From NCBI GenBank assembly GCA_963785235.1, contig CAWAUM010000003.1, forward strand, positions 288,001 through 352,000: a stretch of 64,000 nt of DNA. The letters are read 5' to 3'. Below the pieces are notes generated by a model. That model was not told where the DNA came from and made no database searches. It saw only the letters and a program-made list of their open reading frames with translations. Shown one piece after another: positions 52,103 through 61,704 of this stretch (within the stretch, counting starts at the first letter, position 1; every line of letters begins with the position of its first letter). Both the position numbers and the translations under genes were made by a program. The DNA is from an uncultured delta proteobacterium (GTDB lineage: Bacteria; Desulfobacterota; Desulfomonilia; UBA1062).

Positions 52103-52882
52103 CTATACTTCCCGAGACTTTAGGCGCCAACCTATAAGCGTAAGGCCTGCCGCAACCATGATCATGCACAGAACCTGCCCCATGCTTAAAGGGCCGATAA
52201 CCAAACCGAGCTGGGGATCAGGCTCTCTGAAGAACTCCAGAAAAAACCGCATGATCCCGTAACAGGCAAGGAAAATACCGAAGAGTATCCCTTGGGTGTC
52301 TACCTTTCTGCTCACAAGATAGAGTATTATAAAAAGGAGCGCTCCCTCGGATAGTGCTTCATAAATCTGGGAAGGGTGTCTCGGCAATGGCCCTCCATTG
52401 GGGAATACCATGCCCCAGGGTACATTGGTAACCCTTCCATAGAGCTCGGCGTTGATAAAGTTACCGATACGACCGAAAAAAAGGCCCGGGGCTGCACCCA
52501 GCGCCCCGAAATCCGCCAGCATGAGAAACGCTTTTCTCCGGGATATGGAAAAGATCGCCCCGGTAATAATCAGCCCTATCAGGCCGCCATGGAATGACAT
52601 GCCGCCTTCCCAGACGGCGAAGATCTTGAAAGGATTGGAAAGGTAATATGCCGGGTTATAGAAAAGGCAGTACCCGATCCTTGCACCTAAAACAAGTCCG
52701 AGTATGCAGTAGGTGATGAGATCTTCAACATCCGTCTTTGTCATGGGGAGCTTCCTGCGACGGCAGACATCCATGATGACCACGTATGCGATGATGAAGC
52801 CGAATATATACATGAGGCCATACCATCTGAGCTGCAAAGGTCCGAGGTGGATGAGCACAGGATCAATCTGGGGATATCTCAT
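52103..52882 (-). CDS. lgt: Prolipoprotein diacylglyceryl transferase
   Basis: RWYGLMY, WEGGMSFHGG, GRIGNFINAELYGR, RHPSQIYE. Confidence 0.97.
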   Translation of the reverse strand: MRYPQIDPVLIHLGPLQLRWYGLMYIFGFIIAYVVIMDVCRRRKLPMTKTDVEDLITYCILGLVLGARIGYCLFYNPAYYLSNPFKIFAVWEGGMSFHGGLIGLIITGAIFSISRRKAFLMLADFGALGAAPGLFFGRIGNFINAELYGRVTNVPWGMVFPNGGPLPRHPSQIYEALSEGALLFIILYLVSRKVDTQGILFGIFLACYGIMRFFLEFFREPDPQLGLVIGPLSMGQVLCMIMVAAGLTLIGWRLKSREV

Positions 52883-52943
52883 GGACTTGAGTGTTCTCAT
52901 ATCTTCCATACGCAAGTCAAGGATCTCGGTTTATTCAGGTCTT

Positions 52944-53124
52944 TTAATCCGGATTTTGCCTTCAAGATTCTGCCTTTAAGCTAAGTGAAAAGACTTAATC
53001 CGTTAAAAACCTCAATCTTGCAGCCACTGCGGGATGCTGAAATTTCTCGGTCCTTCATGGCTGCAAGATTGAGGTTTTTAACGGACCAGGTTTTTACACT
53101 TTTTTAAATACAAAATCCCGATTT
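52944..53124. repeat. Dispersed palindromic element copy F (28 bp perfect arms 52999-53026 / 53058-53085, 31 nt spacer; short-type flank on both sides)
   Basis: TCCGTTAAAAACCTCAATCTTGCAGCCA and exact complement; termini AATCCGGATTTTGC ... ACAAAATCCCGATT. Confidence 0.9.
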
Positions 53125-53240
53125 GAAGATCCCGGCAGGGTGGATTCATGAGCTATATGTCCAAGGACTAAACGATGTGAGACTTCCAGGATCTATCTTC
53201 CATAATTATTTATCTTTTTTAGATAATTCCTCATGCATCC

Positions 53241-53269
53241 TTGACTAAATCATGCTGAATTGCTATTGT
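53241..53269 (+). promoter_or_regulatory. Putative sigma70 promoter of carD operon
   Basis: TTGACT-17-TATTGT with TG extension. Confidence 0.5.
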
Positions 53270-53296
53270 TGTCAATACAGGAAAGGGATATTACTC

Positions 53297-53800
53297 ATGT
53301 TCAAAGTCGGAGATATAGTCGTATATCCAGCACACGGGGTTGCTGAAGTTGATTCTGTGGAGAGCAGGGATATATCGGGCAGCAGCATATCTTTCATCAT
53401 ACTGAAGGTCCTCGATACCCAGATGACTGTCATGGTCCCTGTTTCAAATGTTAATAATGTCGGAATCAGAGAACTCATAAAAACCAAGGGAATCGACCAG
53501 GTTATTGATATCCTGAAGCAAAGATCCGTACATGTGGATAACCAGACATGGAACCGCCGGTATCGCGAATATATGGAGAAGATCAAGAGCGGTTCTGCCT
53601 TTGAGATCGCCGAGGTACTCCGGGACCTCAATATCCTCAAGCGTGGCAAAGAGCTCTCGTTCGGCGAAAGAAAGATGTACGATACAGCCAAGAATCTTTT
53701 AGTCAACGAGATCTCCATATCCAAAAAAATTGACAAAAAAGATGCTGAGATAATGATTCTTTCCGCCATGGGAAAGATCGATGCGGCATCATCTTCCTAA
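53297..53800 (+). CDS. carD: CarD family transcription regulator
   Basis: FKVGDIVVYPAHGV, TWNRRYREYMEKIKSG, LSFGERKM. Confidence 0.95.
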   Translation: MFKVGDIVVYPAHGVAEVDSVESRDISGSSISFIILKVLDTQMTVMVPVSNVNNVGIRELIKTKGIDQVIDILKQRSVHVDNQTWNRRYREYMEKIKSGSAFEIAEVLRDLNILKRGKELSFGERKMYDTAKNLLVNEISISKKIDKKDAEIMILSAMGKIDAASSS

Positions 53801-53818
53801 ATAGAATAGGATATTCAT

Positions 53819-54805
53819 ATGAAATGGTTGTTACGCATCCTTATCGCCCTGGTTGTCTTCTACGGTTCCTTCCAATATGCAGTTGAACAAATGGGAGGGG
53901 GGATCTGGTGCATCATTCTGCCTCTCATTGCAGAGACATGCCTATTTGCCATTTTCATAACCGAATCAAAAGGGTTCAGGCTCCACCCCATGGCCTATGC
54001 AGGCGGCCTTTTGGGGACTATCCTCGGCCTCATCATCGGCAGCCTTTTTGGATATGTACTTATCGGGCTCAATACGAGCGGAATCTATCTCTTCATCCTC
54101 ATCAACACCATGTTCGCCTATCTGGGCTACAATGTTGGTCTTGCATGGGGCTCTGAGATCGGCTCTATGCCCATATTCCATCAAAAGCTCAAGGGCGAGG
54201 GCACCAAGATGAAGATCCTCGATACAAGCGTTATCATCGACGGCAGGATCTCGGACATCTCTGATGCCGGCTTCATAGAAGGCACCCTGATCGCACCTCA
54301 GTTCATCCTGAATGAGCTCCAGCATATCGCCGATTCATCCGATCCGTTGAAGCGGGCGCGTGGAAGACGCGGGCTGGACATCCTCAACAAGCTCCAGAAG
54401 AGCCAGAACGCCAGGGTAGAAGTCATGGAGATCGACTTCCCCAAGATCAAGGAGGTTGATACCAAGCTCATCGCCTTGGCAAAGGAACTTGGCGCCGATA
54501 TCCTGACCAATGACTTCAACCTGAACAAGATAGCCCAGATCCAGGGCGTGAATGTACTGAACATCAATCAGCTTGCCAATGCGGTAAAACCCATTGTGCT
54601 GCCAGGCGAGAGCATGGCGGTATTGGTAACAAGGCAGGGCAAGGAGCGCGGCCAGGGCGTGGCGTACCTTGACGATGGGACCATGGTGGTTGTGGAGCAA
54701 GGGGAAGGCTTCATGAATCAGAGCATCGAGGTGGTTGTTACCTCCATCCTCCAAACCCCTGCAGGCAGGATGATCTTCGCAGCACCGAAAACCAATGGCT
54801 TTTAG
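53819..54805 (+). CDS. PIN/TRAM domain membrane protein (YacL-like)
   Basis: LDTSVIIDGRI, RGRRGLDIL, TNDFNLNK, YLDDGTMVVV. Confidence 0.92.
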   Translation: MKWLLRILIALVVFYGSFQYAVEQMGGGIWCIILPLIAETCLFAIFITESKGFRLHPMAYAGGLLGTILGLIIGSLFGYVLIGLNTSGIYLFILINTMFAYLGYNVGLAWGSEIGSMPIFHQKLKGEGTKMKILDTSVIIDGRISDISDAGFIEGTLIAPQFILNELQHIADSSDPLKRARGRRGLDILNKLQKSQNARVEVMEIDFPKIKEVDTKLIALAKELGADILTNDFNLNKIAQIQGVNVLNINQLANAVKPIVLPGESMAVLVTRQGKERGQGVAYLDDGTMVVVEQGEGFMNQSIEVVVTSILQTPAGRMIFAAPKTNGF

Positions 54806-55470
54806 CGCAGTTATCGTTGCAGGTGGCAGCGGAGCCCGGTTCGGCCTGAAAAAACAGTTTCTTGATCTTCTTGGAATTCCTGTCCTGAAAAGGACGGTAT
54901 CCTGCTTTGATGCCCATGCAGCTATTGACAAGCTCATTGTTGTTGTTCCCGAAGAAGATATGCCGCAAGCCCGGCAGATCCTCGCAGATACGCAGAAAGG
55001 ATCTCGTCATAACAAAGGGCGGCAGGACCAGACAGGAATCGGTTATGAACGGATTACGATGCGCCCATGAAAGCCCGAACGTACTCATCCATGACGGGGT
55101 AAGGCCCTTTATATCATCTGACCTTATTGACCGGGTGATTGCCGGCCTGGAAGGCGTCGACGGGTGCATCCCCGCCCTTGAGGTAACCGATACCCTCAAA
55201 GAGGTGCATGACGGCATGGTAAGAAAAACCATACCACGCAGCAACCTCTACCAGATACAGACACCCCAGGCCTTTGTGACGAAAACTCTCATGTCGGCCC
55301 ATGAAAGATCGCCCGGTGGCGGCCTGTTCACCGATGACAGCGCATTGTTAGAGGCTTCAGGAAAGACCGTAAGGATTGTTGAGGGTGATCCTTACAATGT
55401 GAAGATAACCTTCAGGGATGATATCGTTTTGGCGGAGGCTATTTTAAGATGCCGTACAGGGTTGGAATAG
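54795..55470 (+). CDS. ispD: 2-C-methyl-D-erythritol 4-phosphate cytidylyltransferase (indel near 54997)
   Basis: AGGSGARFG..KQF, GGRTRQESV, IHDGVRP, QTPQAF, TDD, NVKIT. Confidence 0.92.
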
Positions 55471-55928
55471 GGTTTGACATTCATAGACTGGTCGAGGACA
55501 GGCCACTGATCCTCGGGGGGGTGACCATCCCTTACCCTAAAGGTCTGCTGGGCCATTCCGATGGAGACGTGATTATCCATGCTCTGTGCGATGCCATCTT
55601 AGGCGCCGCCAGCCAGGCGGACATCGGCGAGTTGTACCCGGACACCTCAAAGGAAACCGAAGGCATGAACTCACTGAACATGCTTCACGAAATCCTGGAT
55701 ACGATCATCAGCGATTATGAACTTGGCAACATCGACATCAATTGCATCTGCGAAAAGCCGAAGCTCTCCGGTTATCGATCAGAGATGATAAATACCATCG
55801 CATCAGTAACCGGGCTCGACCCATCTGCCGTTTCAATAAAATTCCGCACCCACGAGGGCCTTGGCGAGATCGGTGCAGGCCATGCCATTGCCGCTCAGGC
55901 TGTGGTCCTGCTGAAGAAGCGAGATTAA
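55449..55928 (+). CDS. ispF: MECDP synthase
   Basis: GFDIHRL, GHSDGDV..HALCDA. Confidence 0.95.
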   Translation: MPYRVGIGFDIHRLVEDRPLILGGVTIPYPKGLLGHSDGDVIIHALCDAILGAASQADIGELYPDTSKETEGMNSLNMLHEILDTIISDYELGNIDINCICEKPKLSGYRSEMINTIASVTGLDPSAVSIKFRTHEGLGEIGAGHAIAAQAVVLLKKRD

Positions 55929-55944
55929 CACCTAAGGAGAATCC

Positions 55945-57378
55945 ATGGAACTGAACATATTCAACACACCCTTCAAGAAGAAAAGGCCCTTTGAACCGTT
56001 GAAAGGCAACAAGGTCGGCATGTATGTATGCGGGGTCACCGTCTATGACATGTGCCATATCGGCCATGCCCGCTCTTTGATCATCTTCGACGTCATCTCC
56101 CGTTATCTCAGGAGAAAGGGCTATGAACTGACCTATGTGAGGAACTTCACGGACATCGATGACAAGATAATCGCCAGGGCCAATACGCTTGGAACATCTT
56201 ACCGCGAGATAGCGGACCGATACATCGACGAGTTCAAGACCGACATGGATACACTCAAGGTGAGGCCCGCGGATATCGAGCCCAAGGCCACGGACCACAT
56301 CAAGGATATCATCGAGCTGGTGCGCATCCTTGAAGACAAGGGGCTCGCATATAAGGCCGATGACGGCAGCGTGTATTTCAGCGTCTCAAATTTCAAGAAC
56401 TACGGAAGCCTCAGCGGGAGAAGGACCGAGGAGATGATTGCCGGGGCCCGGGTGGATATAGAGGAATTGAAAAAGGACCCGCTTGATTTTGCGTTATGGA
56501 AGCGGAGCAAGGAAGGCGAACCCTGGTGGGAAAGTCCCTGGTCCAAAGGCAGACCCGGCTGGCATATCGAGTGCTCGGCCATGAGCACCCGCTTTTTAGG
56601 CCCTACCCTTGACATCCACGGCGGCGGCAGAGACCTGATCTTCCCGCATCATGAGAATGAGATCGCCCAGTCCGAGGGGGCCTACGGGGTCCCCTTTGTG
56701 CGGCACTGGATACATAACGGCTTCGTTACGGTGGATGGGGAAAAGATGAGCAAGTCGCTGGGCAACTTCATTACCATCCGGGAGCTCACCAAGGATGTCC
56801 ATCCCGAGGTCTTGAGGCTGCTCCTCTTGTCCCACCATTACCGGAGCCCCATCGATTTTTCCCGGGATGCAGTGAATACCTCCAGACACGCACTGATACG
56901 CTTCTATGAGATGCTGGACAGGGTTACTCATAATACGGCAACAGGGAAGGATTCACGCCTTGAAGGACTTCTTGGCGCCTTCACAACAGGGCTCGATGAA
57001 GCCATGGCTGATGACTTCAATACGGCAAAGGCAATTGCCGGACTTCATGACCTTACCACGGAGATCAACCGTGCCCTGGACCAGGACTCCACGGTATCCC
57101 AGACTGACAGAGACGGGCTTGAAAAGATCGTACTTGAGATTAAAGATATTTTTGGGATCCTCACAGAAGAGCCTACAGCCTTCCTGGAGTCCATGAAGCG
57201 CGGCAGTGTTCACATCACCGGCCTTACTGAACACGAGATTGCCGGATTTATTGACCAGAGGAACCTGGCCAGGAAGGCACGCGACTTTAAAAAATCCGAT
57301 GAGATCAGAGATTTGCTCAAGGGCAAGGGCATTCAGCTCAAGGACACCCCGGAAGGCACGGTGTGGGAAAAGATCTGA
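55945..57378 (+). CDS. cysS: Cysteine--tRNA ligase
   Basis: CGVTVYD..HIGH, GRPGWHIEC, KMSKS. Confidence 0.97.
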   Translation: MELNIFNTPFKKKRPFEPLKGNKVGMYVCGVTVYDMCHIGHARSLIIFDVISRYLRRKGYELTYVRNFTDIDDKIIARANTLGTSYREIADRYIDEFKTDMDTLKVRPADIEPKATDHIKDIIELVRILEDKGLAYKADDGSVYFSVSNFKNYGSLSGRRTEEMIAGARVDIEELKKDPLDFALWKRSKEGEPWWESPWSKGRPGWHIECSAMSTRFLGPTLDIHGGGRDLIFPHHENEIAQSEGAYGVPFVRHWIHNGFVTVDGEKMSKSLGNFITIRELTKDVHPEVLRLLLLSHHYRSPIDFSRDAVNTSRHALIRFYEMLDRVTHNTATGKDSRLEGLLGAFTTGLDEAMADDFNTAKAIAGLHDLTTEINRALDQDSTVSQTDRDGLEKIVLEIKDIFGILTEEPTAFLESMKRGSVHITGLTEHEIAGFIDQRNLARKARDFKKSDEIRDLLKGKGIQLKDTPEGTVWEKI

Positions 57379-57402
57379 ACTTAAAACGGGCCCTCATGGA
57401 AT

Positions 57403-59397
57403 ATGGGTTATAAACTCGTCTCGCCCTTCAGCCCACAGGGTGACCAGCCTCAGGCCATCGATGCCCTCTGCGAGGGCATCGAGCACGGCATACGCGATCA
57501 GGTACTCCTGGGGGTAACCGGTTCGGGCAAGACCTTTACCATGGCCTGCGTTATCGAACGCACAAGAAGGCCTGCCCTTGTAATGGCGCCTAACAAAATC
57601 CTGGCGGCACAGCTTTACGGGGAATTCCGGGAGCTCTTCCCGGAAAATTCCGTAGAATACTTCATCAGCTACTATGATTATTACCAGCCCGAGGCCTATG
57701 TACCTTCAAGAGACCTGTACATAGAGAAGGACTCCTCCATCAACGAAGACATAGACAAGCTCAGGCACAGGGCTACCAGGGCCCTGTTCGAACAGCAGGA
57801 GTCCATCATCGTGGCCTCGGTTTCCTGCATCTACGGCCTGGGTTCGCCCGAGGCCTATCAGGGCATGCTCCTTTACCTGGAAGAAGGCCGCCCCATGGGC
57901 AGGGACGAGATCCTGAAGAAGCTCGTGGAGATTCAGTATGTGCGCAATGACCTTGATTTCCACCGCGGCACCTTCCGGGTTAGGGGTGATGTCATCGAGG
58001 TCTTCCCGGTTCATGAAGATGATACCGCACTGCGCATAGAGCTTTTCGGCGACGATATCGAAGCCCTGTGGCAGATCGACACGATCAGGAACAAGAAGAT
58101 CAAGCGGATAGGACACATTCCCATCTACCCCGCCTCCCATTATGTGACCCCGCGGTCAGTCCTGCTCAATGCCATTGATGCCATCAAGGAAGAGCTGAAA
58201 GAACGAGTGGCGTTCTATCAGGCGCACAACCGGCTCATAGAGGCGCAGCGGATCGAGGAGAGGACAAGGTACGACCTGGAAATGCTCATGGAGACGGGGA
58301 GCTGCAAGGGGATTGAGAACTATTCCAGGCACCTCACGGGCCGCAGCCAGGGTGATCCCCCCCCTACCCTCATGGACTATTTACCGAAAAACGCCATAGT
58401 GTTCCTGGATGAGTCGCATGTGGGAGTGCCCCAGCTCATCGGCATGTATCGCGGTGATCACTCCAGAAAGTCAACCCTGGTGGAATACGGATTCAGGTTG
58501 CCATCCGCCCTTGATAACAGACCTTTACGGTTTGATGAGTTCAACCGGATTGTCAACAGCATCGTCTATGTCTCCGCCACACCGGGTGACTACGAGATCA
58601 AACAGGCCAAGGGAAAGGTGGTGGAGCAGGTCGTGAGGCCCACAGGTCTGCTGGACCCTATCATAGATATCCGGCCCGCCACCGGCCAGGTGGATGATCT
58701 CTACCGCGAGATTGTCAAGACTGTTGACAAAGGGGGCCGTGTTCTCGTCACCACACTGACCAAGAGGATGTCAGAGGAGCTCGCTGAATATTTCCAGGGC
58801 CTTGATATCAAGGTGAAGTACATGCACTCGGATATCGACACCATTGAAAGGATCGAGATTATCAAGGGACTGAGGGAAGGCGTCTTTGATGTGCTGATCG
58901 GCATCAACCTCCTGAGGGAAGGGCTCGATCTGCCGGAGGTGACGCTTGTTGCCATCCTGGATGCCGACAAGGAAGGTTTTCTCAGGTCCACACGTTCACT
59001 TATCCAGACGGCAGGACGGGCGGCAAGGAACATCAAAGGCAAGGTCATCATGTATGCCGATAAAAAAACCGCATCCATAGAAAAGGCATACTCCGAAACC
59101 ACCAGGCGGAGGAAAAAACAGGAGCAGTATAATAAGGCGAATAACATCACACCCAAGAGCATCCAGAAAAACATCCGTGATATTCTTGCTTCCATTTATG
59201 AACGTGATTACCCTGACATCTCAGCTCAGATCAAGACATCCATGGGCACCATCGAGCTCAGGAAGGTAAAGGAGACGATTCATGACCTGGAAAAGAAGAT
59301 GATGAGGGCTGCCCAGGACCTGAGGTTTGAAGAGGCAGCCGAAATAAGGGATGAAGTGAAAAGGCTGAAAAGGATTCACCTGGCAGTGGAGGGTTGA
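57403..59397 (+). CDS. uvrB: Excinuclease ABC subunit B
   Basis: [29 protein letters not shown]-terminal UVR domain. Confidence 0.98.
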   Translation: MGYKLVSPFSPQGDQPQAIDALCEGIEHGIRDQVLLGVTGSGKTFTMACVIERTRRPALVMAPNKILAAQLYGEFRELFPENSVEYFISYYDYYQPEAYVPSRDLYIEKDSSINEDIDKLRHRATRALFEQQESIIVASVSCIYGLGSPEAYQGMLLYLEEGRPMGRDEILKKLVEIQYVRNDLDFHRGTFRVRGDVIEVFPVHEDDTALRIELFGDDIEALWQIDTIRNKKIKRIGHIPIYPASHYVTPRSVLLNAIDAIKEELKERVAFYQAHNRLIEAQRIEERTRYDLEMLMETGSCKGIENYSRHLTGRSQGDPPPTLMDYLPKNAIVFLDESHVGVPQLIGMYRGDHSRKSTLVEYGFRLPSALDNRPLRFDEFNRIVNSIVYVSATPGDYEIKQAKGKVVEQVVRPTGLLDPIIDIRPATGQVDDLYREIVKTVDKGGRVLVTTLTKRMSEELAEYFQGLDIKVKYMHSDIDTIERIEIIKGLREGVFDVLIGINLLREGLDLPEVTLVAILDADKEGFLRSTRSLIQTAGRAARNIKGKVIMYADKKTASIEKAYSETTRRRKKQEQYNKANNITPKSIQKNIRDILASIYERDYPDISAQIKTSMGTIELRKVKETIHDLEKKMMRAAQDLRFEEAAEIRDEVKRLKRIHLAVEG

Positions 59398-59400
59398 AAA

Positions 59401-60108
59401 GTGTTATCCGATCTTGAAGCCATGGGCTATCATATTCGCAAGGAAGACAGCCTCACCCTCATCTACAAACCTTTCCTGTCGGGGCTATGGGACATTGCCA
59501 AGACTAAAGGCCCAATGGGTGAAACCACGACAATGACGGGGAGATCCCCCCTGAGGTTCATCGAACCCGATATGGTGGTGCGCACCCTCATGCACGGGGG
59601 TATGTTCAGACATATCACCGGGAAGAGATTTTTACACCCGAACCGGACCATACGGGAACTTAAGGTAAGTGCATATCTTGCCGCACACGGCATACGCACC
59701 CCTGAGATCCTCGCTGTGAGGATTATAAAGGATGGGCTGTTTTATTCCATGGATGTGGTCTCCAGGTTCATCCCTGAATCCAAGGATCTGCTTATTCATT
59801 TTGAGGACAGCCATACAGACAACCTTGAGCTTATCAGAAAATCCGGATTGCTTATCAGAAAGATCCACGACCTTGGCGTGTATCATACAGACCTCCATAT
59901 TAAAAACCTCCTCCTGGATAATGCAGGAAATCTATGGGCGCTCGATCTCGACAAGGCATATCAATTCGAATCACTGCCTGAATTCATGAAACAGATGAAT
60001 CTGAAACGTTTTATGAGATCTATAATAAAATGGCAGACAAAAGGCCGCATTCATCTACCTGATGAATGGGCATCGAGCTTCCTGAGCGGGTATCATACTA
60101 TTACATAG
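59401..60108 (+). CDS. Kdo kinase / lipopolysaccharide kinase family
   Basis: HGGMFR, HDLGVYHTDLHIKNLL, LDLDK. Confidence 0.75.
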   Translation: MLSDLEAMGYHIRKEDSLTLIYKPFLSGLWDIAKTKGPMGETTTMTGRSPLRFIEPDMVVRTLMHGGMFRHITGKRFLHPNRTIRELKVSAYLAAHGIRTPEILAVRIIKDGLFYSMDVVSRFIPESKDLLIHFEDSHTDNLELIRKSGLLIRKIHDLGVYHTDLHIKNLLLDNAGNLWALDLDKAYQFESLPEFMKQMNLKRFMRSIIKWQTKGRIHLPDEWASSFLSGYHTIT

Positions 60109-60168
60109 TCAACATTGTTATACTATGCCCCAGGGCAAGATTACACACCCGGCCTGAGTAAAGTTTCA

Positions 60169-60400
60169 TCAAACCAGATTCTGTAATTGAATGTACCCTA
60201 GATACTCTATACACATCAAGTGACCTTAAGCATGAAAACTTATCGTGATCATGGACATGTTTTTTTAAAAACAGGTCCGTTCAAAACCTTAATCTTGCAG
60301 CCTGGAAGAACCGGGGAAATTAGCATCCCGCAAAGGCTGCAAGATTAAGGTTTTGAACGGATTAGGTTTTTACCCATCTTGTATGCAAGATCCGGGATAA
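60169..60400 (+). repeat. Dispersed palindromic element copy G (28 bp perfect arms 60276-60303 / 60334-60361, 30 nt spacer)
   Basis: TCCGTTCAAAACCTTAATCTTGCAGCCT and exact complement; termini AAACCAGATTCTGTAATTGAA ... TGCAAGATCCGGGATAA. Confidence 0.9.
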
Positions 60401-60406
60401 TTTGCC

Positions 60407-61135
60407 TCAGCTCTGCCCTGACAATGCCAGCATTGTGGTTCGTATATCACTCCTGAGGCGGTCCCGATCATCCATACGGTAGGCTGAGGCATCGATGGTT
60501 TCACCAATATTCACCACCACCTTCTGATTGAGATGGAACTCAAAACTATCCGGCTTGAGGATCTTTTCAGAACCCTGAATCCCCACCGGAATAATAACCG
60601 CACCCATCTGCAGGGCAAGCATAATCCCACCCTTTTTAAATTCTCCGAGTTTGCCGGTACGTGACCGTGTACCTTCCGGAGCAACCCAGAGTACTATTCC
60701 ACTCTCCATCATCTTCCGGGCTTCATCAAGATCCTTGAGCGCCTGCTCATGATGATGGCGGTCAATGGAGATGAATTCTGCAGCCTTCATCCCCCTTCCC
60801 CATATGGGGATCTTGAAAAGCTCTTTCTTGGTCAGCATACGGATACTGCCGGGCAGAGAGACAAAGATAAGGGGGATGTCGTAATGACTCCGATGGTTTG
60901 ACATGATTATATGGGGCCTGCCGGGTGTTATGGTAATATTATGAGGGTTCTTAACCTCCCATGAAGCATTCACCGCCTTGAGGAGAATCGTAGACCACCA
61001 TCTCAGGACATTGTCTGCGTGTGCCCTGTCATACGTATTGGTCAACCTCATATAGAGCCCATAGAGCGATATTGCCAAGGTTGGGGCAACGGATGTTGCC
61101 AGGATTAAAACCCTTTTCAGGAATGATGCCTTCAT
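60407..61135 (-). CDS. plsC: 1-acyl-sn-glycerol-3-phosphate acyltransferase
   Basis: NHRSHYD, KKELFKIP, PEGTRS. Confidence 0.9.
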   Translation of the reverse strand: MKASFLKRVLILATSVAPTLAISLYGLYMRLTNTYDRAHADNVLRWWSTILLKAVNASWEVKNPHNITITPGRPHIIMSNHRSHYDIPLIFVSLPGSIRMLTKKELFKIPIWGRGMKAAEFISIDRHHHEQALKDLDEARKMMESGIVLWVAPEGTRSRTGKLGEFKKGGIMLALQMGAVIIPVGIQGSEKILKPDSFEFHLNQKVVVNIGETIDASAYRMDDRDRLRSDIRTTMLALSGQS

Positions 61136-61237
61136 GACTGGATAGCTCCCCTTTTACCTAAGATGACAACTCATTTTAATACCAAGCCTGTAATATAATC
61201 AATTAACCTTTTGCAGGGGTGCAGGTATCGAGTTGAA

Positions 61238-61630
61238 TTAGTGCTTCCCCTTTTTTTTCTCCTTCATCTTCTTCTGAACAAATTCGTGTTCTTTTCGCAG
61301 GTGATCCACCAGGTCACTGAACCTCCAGGCAATATTCTCCCGGGTTACCATGGCAAAGATAGGCTGAAAGAGACCGGCCTTCTTTACCTCATTCATAATC
61401 TTATGGATGATTTGTGCCGGGACATTGAAAAAAAGCAGGATCTTCTCGTCTGGCTCAAGGGGCTCATCTCCCCTCCTTTCAGAAAAGAGAATCTCATGGA
61501 CCAGGAGATGGCCCTGGTCAGGTTCAATAAGCATTGTTTGAGGTGCAGAGAGCCCCTGAAGAAACTGCTCGAACTTGTCCTTTTCGTCGTTATTGAATCC
61601 CCAGAATAGTATTTTCGGGCTCGGGTCCAT
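61238..61630 (-). CDS. DUF3783-like protein
   Basis: PIFAMVTRENIAWRFSDLVDHLRKEHE; RBS GAGGAG. Confidence 0.7.
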   Translation of the reverse strand: MDPSPKILFWGFNNDEKDKFEQFLQGLSAPQTMLIEPDQGHLLVHEILFSERRGDEPLEPDEKILLFFNVPAQIIHKIMNEVKKAGLFQPIFAMVTRENIAWRFSDLVDHLRKEHEFVQKKMKEKKKGKH

Positions 61631-61704
61631 ATTATCTCCTCAATGAATTAAGCTTGCATTATGATCTTATGTTTTCGGACTGATATATTTTTGTATAATA
61701 GCAT

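Noticed and set aside
53252-53296. Cys-rich N-terminal extension of CarD in the ORF track
   Set aside because: It overlaps the predicted promoter; the conserved CarD start is ATG 53297
4614-60361. Palindromic repeats as a CRISPR array or integron attC sites
   Set aside because: Copies are kilobases apart with no regular spacers or cas genes; they lack the GTTRRRY/RYYYAAC ends and extrahelical bases of attC, and mostly flank housekeeping genes in mixed orientation
4614-60361. Palindromic repeats as simple rho-independent terminators
   Set aside because: Stems of 23-30 bp with up to 33 nt loops, shared outer ends, and three copies between divergent genes; incidental termination remains possible
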